This document shows, piece after piece, positions 37,862-49,800 of a stretch of DNA of 64,000 nucleotides; positions within the stretch are counted from its first letter, which is position 1, and the number at the start of each line of letters is the position of its first letter. This DNA comes from Phoronis australis (lineage: Eukaryota; Animalia; Phoronida), in NCBI GenBank assembly GCA_002633005.1, contig NMRA01000585.1, positions 2,851 through 66,850 on the forward strand, written 5' to 3'. Both the position numbers and the translations under genes were made by a program. The notes under the pieces are model-generated. The model did no database searches. It was not told where the DNA came from and worked only from the letters and a program-made list of their open reading frames with translations.

Positions 37862-37990
37862 GACTGCCTCCTAAGGAGTCCCTCTATGCGCGAAAGTACT
37901 TAAAACAGCATGACTTTGATGTTTTAATGAGTGTGACATAACTCACCGAAAGCTTCCGGCGTATGAAACACCTATAGGAGCTTCACCGCG
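37862..37990 (+). repeat. Unclassified ~130-bp repeat family C, copy 1
   Basis: cctcctaagg.gtccctctatgcgc...gactttgatg...caccgaaagcttccggcgta; also at 47968-48100 (+) and 59022-59135 (-). Confidence 0.7.
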
Positions 37991-40610
37991 TCGAAGGCCG
38001 GTCGAGACGGTAGTCACAAGCTACGAGATGAGTAGATCAGAGCGAGGATTCAAATAATTGTCTGCATCCGCCAAAATATGCAAAAATCTATTTTTTAAAG
38101 CTCAGTATGCTCTTGTTTAGAGCAGCGATTCAGGTCATGCAGAAACTACTGACCGTCGGCCAAACATTGCTTCCTACCGTGAACAGGGCAAGCTTCAGTA
38201 AGTTTCACTTCCGTAATTTAATAAGTCATATATATACACCCCCAAACAGAATGTTTTGATATTTCTATCAAATGGCTTCTTGTCATGGGCATTACATCCT
38301 TCCATAAGGGCTTGGGTAAGTCAGTATGTTTACATAAGGCTTCTTGTTTGTGGATTTTGAACCTAAGTGAGTTGTTCGTCATAATTTTCCAATCTAAGCT
38401 TCATGTTTAGAACGTTTTTCTTATGTTAACATACTACCTGAATATGTAGGTAGACTTACATTCTGTTTCCCTATTTCTTTTTTTTTTGCTTTTTCTCAGA
38501 TTTTTTGTCAATCCGGTGCAACCATTTCAAAAATTTCACTGTTCAGATTAACCCCTGTCGGGGTAGTTTGGATTACCTTCCCTATGTCTAGATTACCCAT
38601 CTCGTTTGACTTGAATAAAATATTTCGGGTTTTTACTTAGCATCTCATTCAAAATTTAACATGGGGGTAACTGAACATAGGGGTAATCACCTTTCAGATT
38701 ACCGTCCGCTAATTTGAACTCGAGTTTACTTTTGGGAGGGATGGTAATCTGAAATCGATTTCGGCAGAGGGTTATTGAAGTTGAGATGATATTAAGAGGG
38801 GTAATATAAAGACTGTAATTTGAAATCGCTACACCGGCTATTATGAAAAATTCTGTTCTTGCTAAAGTTGACTTCCTTACCAAGTTGGCATCCATGTTTC
38901 TATGGTCAATTAATTTGGCGATATCAGTTTCTAAGCTGTTCCATGATAAATATGCACAATTTCTTCAAATAATGGCCCTCATTATTCAAATTGCATGACC
39001 AATGAATTTAAAGAAATCAGTGCGCAAGTCATTACATAATAAATTTTCATAACTGAAATAATTCATGTAAACTGAATAGAGGTCGACATTTATTTCGAAT
39101 ATAGCCCCCGCAAAGCGTGATTCAAACAGCTACAAGAATATATGCACGCTACTTATTCTTAGACATGAAATAACCAACAAACCTTATACTACACAAGATT
39201 TCTAATAGATTCCCACTTCTAGCCACTGGACTATAACTGATTCTAGTCAGTCTTTCTTGAAAAGTGAGCAGTCGGTGGTGCAGTACTCTTTAGTTGCTCA
39301 GTTCGTCAAAAAGGAAAACCCACATGAGACGAGTAAAAAATGATGTGGGTTTTGTTATTTTAAAAACCCCTTGGTAAAACATGGCGTTTCAAATCTTTGC
39401 CAACGTGCTTTTGTGCAGCTCACGAGACCTTGGCTGAAATTTACGAAGTTCCTTAGAGGCACAAAAGAATTAATCTGTTATTATGGAATGGCAATCTGTA
39501 CAATTACGGATTTGCAATCAGTTATTACGGCATGGCAATCTGTAATAACAGATTGTTACTTTAAAAGAACAGATTCACATTTTATTTTATTTTCCTGCTC
39601 CTAATGGGTCTTTTTAGAAACTGACGCGGGTGGGCGTTTTCTTTTTTTAGTCGGTGATCGAGCGAAGGTCTCGAAATGAGTCGGTCATTTCTTCAATCGT
39701 GCCGTGCTTATGAAAACGTGACATTAATGTCACGTGTCCGCACTGGGTTAGGTCAGAGTTGACTTCCGTAGACCGCAAGACATAAAAGTTGCACTCCCAT
39801 GGGCAAGTGGGGTGGGGACTATAATGCCCCTCATACCCCTATGGTGCGTCGCCCACGACTCATGACGAAAAACCTTCACATACAGAATGGGATCATTGAA
39901 AATTCGACACTCCAACATCGCCGCCCTCATTTCAGTGGCCATCATTTTGCATGGATGGACTAATAAGTTCCCAAGTATACTTGAGATTTTGCTAGATCTT
40001 GCGAGATCTTGCTTTTCTTACTGGAAACTAGGTCTGCAGAACGCTCTCTAGGCGTGATCTGGCACCACATCCGCGTCACAATCAACGAAAATATATTGTT
40101 CTTGCGGGATGGTTTTACACAAATTCACCAAATGATTTCCCTTAATTTTAGCAAACTATTTCGTGACAGGTTTGCAATTTTTTGTGTTGAAATCATGAAA
40201 TGGGACCATCCATAAAGCTCAGTGAAGAATTGGAGTGAAATTAACAACTTCCCATTAGAAGGAATGGTACAATTTAACACATGCTTCTTCTCCAACAATA
40301 TAATTGTAATTTCTATTTATTTGCCTCTGAAATTGTGACCAATAAGGCATGACTTTAAATTCAACGAGAGGCTAAAATGTTTGATAAACTGCCACCTTTA
40401 TCCACCCTTTTCAAGTTGTGCAATAAAAAGTGCCGCTGTCCTTTGTGTATACAAGCGTACCAACACTAAACCAGGGTTTCAACTCTAGGTTACGTGGACT
40501 ACGCGAATCGTTAGTGCGTCTTCTTACGGCTTGGCCCGGCTACACCACTGGAAGTCCGTGTTTCCATGATAGCTAACAGTTGTCTTTACTAGGCGATCTT
40601 GCACGAAGAC

Positions 40611-40845
40611 ATGTTGAATAAGTCAAGTTCAAAAAGAATCGGCATCGAGGAAAGTGTAACGACTTCTCGTGTTTCTGTCGCCGCGAACACCGTTCGGGAC
40701 GGTGGATGGGGATGGATCGTGTGTGCAGCGTCCTTCTGGTGCAATGGCGTCATTTTTGGAATGCATATTACTTTTAGTGTTATGTACCCATACTTGTTAA
40801 AAGCTTTCAACCAAGATAGCACCAATGATTTAGCGTTTAGGACAT
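40611..40845 (+). CDS. Copy 3 coding exon 1
   Basis: Acceptor ttactag at 40586-40592; MLNKSSSK..; donor ACAT|GTGAGT. Confidence 0.9.
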
Positions 40846-43800
40846 GTGAGTATGATACAGCTTCTTATCATTCTGGTGTTGTCGGAGTGCGTGGGTAATT
40901 AGTTATTCCAGCGATGTCGGTGTTCATGTGGGTAAACTTGACATGGTGGCTTGGCTTGCGTTGTCGCCCGTTAGTCGTGATCGAGCAAAGAAAGTCCTGC
41001 CAGCTTTTGGCTACCTGAATACTTACAAGTACATTTTGCCTTGTTTAGCTGGCTAAAAAACGAATATGGGATGCTTAATTCTTACCGTGGTAGGATTACC
41101 TCTTCACTACCGACAAGAACATCATCGCAGTACTGCCAAAGACTGTAGTATTTGAGTAACCTGTTTAGCACCCACCTAAAATACCGCAACCTGATATCTG
41201 AATGGAAATGTTGTTCTTTGTTGTTTAGTTCTTTGAAGATTTCTTGTTCTAATTTGTCTGCTCGTCGGTCGGGTAAAGGCGAAAGATCGAGGAGGCGTAC
41301 GCATTAAATTTGCGGTAACCCCCTTCAGTCAAAAAACAACGTTAGACTACTTGCCGTTGAAAAAATTGTTCTCAAGCTGTTCCTTAGTCAAAATAGATGT
41401 GAGTCATGAATCTGGTGAGAACTGGCAAATCGTTATAATTATTGCTTGACACTAGGCTCTACATGTTGTCACTGGATGTCATTTTATTCACCGAGCTTGA
41501 TCTCAAGAAATAACGAGCTGTAAGTTGTTTGCAAAAGAATAAAACGATTCTACTCTGAGTAAAGAACAATTTAAGGCCGGTTTTGAGGCGATAAGTGGTC
41601 TCAATCAAAAGTTAGTCTCTCCGACGCAACGCGAGTTTTTATACGCTTTCATTTAATCAATACCGTTTCAAACGGCTATTGTAAGTTTGCAATGGGTCCA
41701 ATGACCTCGACTAAGACACTGTGTTGTGCGCCTAGAGCCCGAGCCTATACTGAGGGTATGAAGAGCTACAATCTCAGCTCAGTGGAAAGGTTTTTTGGGG
41801 GGGACACTACTGGGTTAGGGGCAGTTCACATGCGCGGTGTTGACCCGTCATCTTCAGAAAATGCCAATCGTGTCAAAAAGTGTCGACCTTCAGCTTGCGA
41901 CGAGCTGACAGAACCTCTGATATCTTCAACCGTTGCTTAATATATTAACTTGTATTAGTTGTCATTTAATGGTCTGGGCATCTAATTCAATTGTGTGCTG
42001 GTCCAATAATTTACATGGACATGGAGTATGGCCAGCCCTACTAGTATTTGATATCCTAGTTAATTTTTAAAATTTCCATTGGCCCGAAAAATCAGCAAGA
42101 GTAAGAACCTGTAGTATAACTCGATGATTACAGTGACTGTAACAGCAGCATTATGTTGGTGATGTGTCTCGGTCCGACGGTCAGTGAGATGGTTGTATTC
42201 CGTAACTAAGCAGTGGCGGATCTAGGATACCATAAGCGGGAGGGCAACATGTTGTCTCTAGGAATTGTGCAAAGAGCGTTTGTTTGTGCACAGGCGGCCC
42301 GAAAGTTGTGGGGGCCGAGGGTGTGGACTTTCTGCTTTTCTGTTTCTGTCGGTGGACTAAAAAAAAACCGGAAACACGATTCCGCCGCCATCTGGGATCT
42401 GAGATCCATTCTCATCCGCTACCGGTCCTAGTTACTGAACTCAGTATTTCCTCACGCTTCACGCTGTTGCTGTTTCATTTTGCTTGCGGCAGCCAAGGGG
42501 GGGGGGCGGACCCCGTGCCCCCCTAAATCCGCCTATGCTGAGTGTACAACGCTCAGATACTCTAGTTATAGCAACTGGCAGACATGAAGACTTCATTAGA
42601 CTAGTCAAAGGTGTATATACAAGTTACATGTGTGTAGGGGTTGCATGCACTAAACTTCATGATTCAAAGTTCTACAGAACAATCATAAGAACTACTCTAC
42701 TGTGTTTGCCATATATGGTAAAGGTCAGCTGTCTCAAGGCAATCATTCTATGAATGGCCATTACATAATCTAGTTTACTAAAGAGCTCATCCAAACATGT
42801 GTGGATCCGCCGGATCGGATGGGCCACTGACTCAACTGAAAGCCAAAACAGGTTAATATAAATATTAACAATCTGCTCATTCAGCAATCCGCATTTTGAT
42901 AAACTGAAATGCAATACAGACAGTGTTCCCAAAAGTCTTTTATTGTTTGTTTTTATCGCCACTTCGTAAATTAAAGAGGCTGATAATTAAGAAATTTATT
43001 TTGTGTGAAATTTTCACAGTAATGTTTTCTTTTCCAGCATGGGTCGGTTCACTGGCAATAGGGTTCACTTTTTTCATGTCTCCTGTGGGGGCCATCTTGG
43101 CAGATAGATTTGGAATCCGACCAGTGGCATCTTTGGGGGCCATATTGAGTACTGGAGGTCTACTGGCCAGTTCATTCGTCACACGTCTAGAGCTTCTTTA
43201 CTTGACTTACGGTACCCTCCTCGGAGTCGGTACGGCTTTCACGTACATAACTTCAATGACTGTGCTCGGGAAATATTTCGATAAGCGTCTCGGCTTGGCG
43301 TATGGAATTGCAACGTTTGGCACATCGGCATTCGTGATTATTATGTCGTTCGCTATGAAGCAGTCTTTGGTCCACGTTGGACTCAAATACACGTTTCTGC
43401 TGCTGGCCGGCATTCATTCTACAACGTTTCTTTGCACACTAACTTACAGACCCTTGCAGAATCATCAGCGGGAACGATTCATGTCCCAAACCAGGGTGGA
43501 CAATGTCCCACAGGAATATACAAACAGTGTGGGAAAGTTTGTCAACGTGAGAATATGGAGAAATAGAAGTTATTTGATATGGGCAGTCGCCATGTTCATT
43601 TCCTGTCTGGGTCACAACATCTTACTTGTCCACCTGGTGAGTCTTCAGGAGAGCAGGCATATATGAAGATGGAACAAACCCAACGTGAAATGGTCCTGCA
43701 CAAGAGTAACGTGTATTTGAGTGTTTTTTTTTTTATTTAAGCAATCGGGTACAGACCATGTTTCATGAAAAGTGACTTAAGATTAAAGAAATTTGGTCTT

Positions 43801-46800
43801 ACCTCACATTTCACAATTGCTGAATAAAGGTTTTACCAGGTAGTCATGAGAAACTCACAGTCCAGAAATGGTTTATCAAAAACTACTTAGTCTTTATGTG
43901 TATATTCTCAGACTTTCAATTTTTACTCACATAAGATTTCATATTTTTCAGAAATAGTTATGTTGTATAGCGTAAATTCAAATCTAAGGCACAAGTCTTA
44001 TTAAGTCGCATTTTATGAAACGGACTCCTGAACAGATTTTGCTATTTTTTTGGAAACGTGACAAGAATATCCAGTCCCCTCTGCATTTCAGCAGGTCTGT
44101 CAGTGTCTCAAAGAATCGACGGTCAGCAACTGGGCTAGTCGATATGTATTGCACATGATTCTTCACTACGTGAGACCGGCGGGTCTGCGGTGCATGTTCG
44201 GCCACTATATGGCCCCTATTTAATAAAACGCAGGATACCGTTAGTGCTTCTTGTCAGAAATTTTTGCCGTCACCTTCAATTCAAAATAGCGGTCTTTTGA
44301 AAGTATTAACGGCATTTCAGTCTACAAAAGTTCCTTTTCTTTGCTTTAAGAGTGAAACTGACATTTTTTTCAGTCCCGTGACGTCTTTCCCTTGTGAGCT
44401 TTATGGTCCTCAGCATAAATGGTAGTGGACCTAAGCCGAGAAACACGGGCCTCAGTTAGGCCCACTCCAGTGAAGGAATTTGAATAAAATATTGCATTTC
44501 AAATATGATGCTGAATTGGACAACATACACGGTATTTTATTTTATAGGTAAAGTTCGCCGAGGAAAGCTTTGTAGAAGAAAATGCCGAAGTTTTAGTCAC
44601 GTGTCTGGGAATCTCTTCAGGTCTGGGACGTCTTTCATCGGGGAAACTATCTGATTTCAGGAAAATAAGTTGTGTGCGACTACACCAATGCTCTTTTGTC
44701 TGCATTGGAATCATGATCATAGCTTTACCATTTTCCACGTTCTTTGGAGTGCTGATTGCGCTAATGCTATTCTTGGGAATCTTCGAAGGCAGCATGATAT
44801 GTCTCATATCACCAGTTGCTTATGAACTCGTTGGGGCTAAGGATGCTTCGCAAGCTATTGGATTCATTAACGGAGTCATTGCTATTCCTATGATAGTAGG
44901 ACCGCCGATTGCAGGTAACTGGAGTAACTATATTAAATGCCTCTTAAAAGGATACTTACCTCTGTAGCAGATGCGACCGAATACCTTCAAAAACCCTGAA
45001 AACAATTTGGGGCAAATTTTAAGACTTCTCCTAAATACGCAAACTTGACGAACACTTTGAACAACTTGGGTAAGTAGTATAGTAAGAGGTTTTGGACGCC
45101 TGTTTGGGAGGCTCCTCGGTCAAAGGTCATCCATTTGAAAGGAAAAGATCAAAAGTCACGAGGAATAACTGCAATCGGAAGGGACACCATCCACCTACCG
45201 GACGGATGTGTCAATGACGTTACACCTCATGACGTAATAGGTTTAATTGGACCCGTTAGAGAGGCACCTCGATGCCCGTTTTGCGGCTCCTAGCAACGGA
45301 TCGAGAATCGAAACAAAAGAGGGATGCTGAATAAGAACAAAACTTAGTTCGTGTGCGCCGAGTGTCGTCGTTGTATACAGATGTATTGTGTGTTCTGTCT
45401 CATAGATCAAAAACAAAGGCGTATACAAAAGGGGATAACCACCCAACTCAACAACAGATGTCGCGTAAAGTCTAACCCAGGCCCCGACGGTACTAAGCGA
45501 ATCGTACTCATACTAATAATAAGCTAACACAGAACATAAAACTGATAGCGTTCAAACGTATATTAATGACAAACCAACACTACAAAAATCATCATTCGAA
45601 TATAAAATCATCAAAACGTTCAGAAAAGTAGTCTATAGAAAATTTATCAAATGTCCGAATTAAATGTTCAAAGGTCCAGTGGTGACGCCGTCGTCGAACA
45701 CTTGCCGTTTGGGATAAAAGTAGGTAAACGCGCACCTCTCTTGCAGGTAGGTATACATAGTGTTATCACCGCCTAACCGGAATCCTTTGTTGAGGGCCGA
45801 GCTAATCTTTGTGGTCTGTAATACTTTGAGACACCTCGCCTTGTCAATTGCATTTCTTTTGTCTTTGCACTCCTTTACAGCTAAAATGGGATTGACCGTC
45901 GTCCGCCCCCACGTATTATGTTTTAGAGCAAAGGGTGATACAGTAGACCCCTTCAAATTCCAGTTCCAATAAGCCGGGTGTGCGTGTGTCGTAAGCTTCG
46001 TTTTCTTCCGTGTCCGTTCGCGGAAACCAAAGATGTTTTTTCCCTCCCGAAAGCTGCTCGCATGTCTGGTTTAATTACGTCCTCAAGACAGTTACGGGAT
46101 ATAGCCATGTACGCCGAGTCCGTGTCCATTTCGCAATATTCGAAATCGGATCTGTCGACGGATCTTAACATGAAGTCGTAGTAAAACTCTAACATGCGCA
46201 ACTTTGCGTACTGATAAACGAAAAAGCCTATTTGAAGCGGCAGGTTCAGGCGGATGGTCTTCTTTTTCATCTCCAATTCGTAGGTTCCGTTCCCGATGTA
46301 GTTGACGTATCTAAATTCCGGGAATTGGACTTCCCGTTGAGTCTTAGCCTCTCCGCAATACTTTACGTCACAATGTCTTTCTTGATTCGTTACCGTCTTA
46401 CCATACGCGCTGTTCCCTATGAGTTTCATCGTCTACGCCAAGATCGCTTTGTTTTTGTCTTTGTCCCCTTCCCGCCTAGCGTCGCTGAAGCATTTTACGG
46501 GAGCAAATTCGACCACTTGATAGACGTTTGTTATCTCCAGACCGTGTTCCAAGTACCATTTCAGAAGCGGGGTCGCCAACAGAATTTTTTTACTGAAGAA
46601 ACTTCCTACCAGAGATCGTCGTGGTCGACTCATGATTTTGTTTTTGTCGGCATACTCCCGCATAAATTCTCCTAGGTCGTCTCTGGTGATGTCTACGTTC
46701 TTGAATATAGGCTGCATTTCTGAAAAGTGCTCTCTCAGATGGCTCGGGACTTCGATGTCACCCTCCACAACCCCGAACAGAGTGCCGTCTAGAACGAATG

Positions 46801-49800
46801 ATTTTTATTTGTTCGCTCGTCAAGCGGTAGCAACATTCCGTGGACAACTCTCGTCTTCTGAGAAAAGAACGTAGGGTATCGTCTTGAAGTTTCAAATCCT
46901 CAAATTCGCATTCCCAAATCTCTTCGTAATCAAAGCCTTGATCGATGATGTAATCTCTAATTTTTTTGGTGTTTTCCATAAGCTCACTCATGGCGACGTT
47001 TCGAGTTTCGTTCCTCGTCCTCGGAGTCCCGTCGTCATTTTTCGTGAGACGACAGTCGTGGCCGTGCCAGTAACATCCTTGGAATTGGAACACTTTGTGC
47101 GACTGACGACAGAAACCGTCCACTGGAATACGACGCTGACCCACCCTTTTTTCAACCCCGTTGAACTGATGACGGATACTAATTCCTCGTTGCCACGCTA
47201 CGTAATCCAGCCAAGCCGTTGCCTTTCGCGCCCTAGGGTGGGAAAATTCTCGTTTGAAATAGTTTTCTTGCCTACGACGAATAAACGGTCCGGTCGGTTG
47301 CTCGTTCATGATGCTACGAAGGTAAAGAGCATTTACGTCGAAACCCAGAATCTTTGACACCGTCTTTGGTATTTTTCCCGCTTTCTCCATCTCCCTCTGG
47401 CGTATAAACGTCTTTCCCTTTTCGTGGTATCTGTGGAAAACAATACTAGGACCTCCGACGATATTCTGTTTAAAGGTATAATACAAGTCCTTGTGTTTTT
47501 CCTCAAACAGCGTAAAGAATACGTTACCGATATTTTTGAAGAGAATCTTCATGGTCAGTCCGGGTACGTTTAAACCATCCTTGAAGAGGTCGACGCCCTT
47601 TTCCCTGTAGAATGCCGCCATGGTATCGACGGCTTCCAGCATGGGTCCGGTGTCTTTGTTATTGTACCATACCAAAAAATCTTTCAGACTCTTCATGTTG
47701 TTGTCTTTCCGGGGCGTAATCGTCGTCGCTTATCCCCTCCCCTTTCAAATTGCTGTAAAAAGCCGTTTGCGGTGGTAGAACCGTTTCCTCTAATTTACCC
47801 GAGTGATCTACGTACTCGTAGGGAAAGAAACGTCTCGTACGCCTTCAAAAATTTTTGCGTAGCTACAACCTGGGGCCAAGTAATTGACAATGTCGAGCGT
47901 GCGCAGTATAAAAAAGTTTGATATCGGGAGTATTTGTTCGGGTTGGAAGGAATTAAACACATCGACAACCTCCTAATTAAGGTGTTCCTCTATGCGCAAA
48001 AGGTATTTATAACAACGTGACTTTTATGGTTTAGTCGGTGCGAGGCATAATTCGCCGAAAAGCTTCCGGCGTACAGAGCGCCTATAGGAGCTGCATCGCC
48101 TCTGGTTCGGGCCAACAAAGGCGATGGTCATTGCCTAGTCCTGGCATAGCCTACACAGTATACTGCTGAGTGCTGTAGACTAGAAGACCAAGTCGTGTCA
48201 GACCAAAAAATTGAAAGGACACAGAACGGCATAGCAACGTTTCAAGGCACCAACAGTAGTACTAAAGCTGAAGTTGCTGAAAGTCATTAATACACGTTAA
48301 AAAACGCCATCAGTTTTATGTTCTGTGTTAGCTGGTCGCTTCTTATTATTAGTATTATGAGTACGATTCGCTTAGTACCGTCGACCAGGGGCCTGGGTTA
48401 GACTTTACGCGACATCTGTTGTTGAGTTGGGTTGTTATCCCCTTTTGTATACGCCTTTGTTTTTGATCTATGAGACAGAACACACAATATACAACGACGA
48501 CACTCGGCGCACACGAACTAAGTTTTGTTCTTATTCAGCATCCCTCTTTTGTTTCGATTCACGATCCGTTGCTAGGAGCCGCAAAACGGGCATCGAGGTG
48601 CCTCTCTAACGGGTCCAATTAAACCTATTACGTCATGAGGTGTAACGTCATTGACACATCCGTCAGGTAGGTGGATGGTGTCCCTTCCGATTGCAGTTAT
48701 TCCACGTGACCTTTGACCTTTTCCTTTCCAATGGATGACCTTTGACCGAGGAGCCTCCCAAACAGGCGTACAAAACCTCTTACTATACTACTTGGGTAGT
48801 ACAAGACTGGAAATTCTGGAAAAGATCGCCCAACCACTTCGAGTCACAGAATTCACCATGTGACACAAAATAGACTTTTTATTAACCTTTCCTGGTGAAA
48901 CCAGGAAACAGAATTCGGCATCCTTTAAGTACTCACATTGCACATTGTCTTATGGAAGAGAAGATAGGGTCTGCGTTCAGTAAACGTAAGGAACTTGCGA
49001 TAACGCCAGATCATGCAAGTCTTCGTCGCCAAGCATTACAAGCCAAGTTCGTGATCACTCTGACATTCCCCAAGTATAGAGTACTGTCTTGCTTCTACGG
49101 GAACGCAATCCCGTTTTGTACACGATCAGTTTGTAAGAGCGTCTCCTAGCTTAGCTTAGATATTGGCCGCTAATGGATTTCATGTTATACTATTCATCAT
49201 AGAACTCTAATAATGAAATGCCAACGCTAGACTCATATACCTTTTAGGGAACGAGCTTGCGATGTTTGTTACTCATTTTGTTTCTTTTGTTCACAATGAT
49301 GTCGCGAGACTCTTGAAGTACGGGTTCAGACAACCCAGCGATATCCAGGCAAAATAAGTCCACAAACCCGTCAATTACACAGCCATTCTCTTTGCACGCA
49401 ACAACACGTGGCCATGGACGGGAGTAGTATGACACTTGTTGTTTCAGCTCCAGTCTTACAGAGTTTTAGGTCTTTATGAGCAAACTGTCACCTTTTGGGT
49501 TATAAGCGGAGTGCTCCCTCGTGACTCTTTGGAGTATAAATAATAATTGCATAATAATAATTAAATAATAATGTCTTTGATACACGTTGTAGCAGACGTG
49601 TGCAGCACGCTCAGGTGGGCCCATTGTACTGATCTCCTGAAGTACTTATCAATGTTGACTACTGAAAGTAATAGCGGGGACATCGTCATGTTTGACTACT
49701 AACTAATGTATTTAGCATTATACTCGGCCAAGTCTGTTACTACAAAGCCGTAGTGGACTTGAAATTTTCATGGTTTCACGAGTGTTTAAGACTTACGACT

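Larger units (their letters stand above)
45073..48792 (-). mobile_element. Internally deleted Polinton/Maverick (3720 bp)
   Basis: TSD TGGGTA at 45067-45072 and 48793-48798; termini AGTAGTATAG.../...CTATACTACT; ~500-bp TIRs; pPolB remnant inside. Confidence 0.93.

Noticed and set aside
39470-39560. Degenerate gcaatctgt(a/t)attacgg repeats
   Set aside because: Short decayed minisatellite typical of MITE interiors
45243-45446. Similar ORFs at 45243-45446 (-) and 48427-48609 (+)
   Set aside because: Both lie in the Polinton TIRs, differ by a frameshift and show no coding signature
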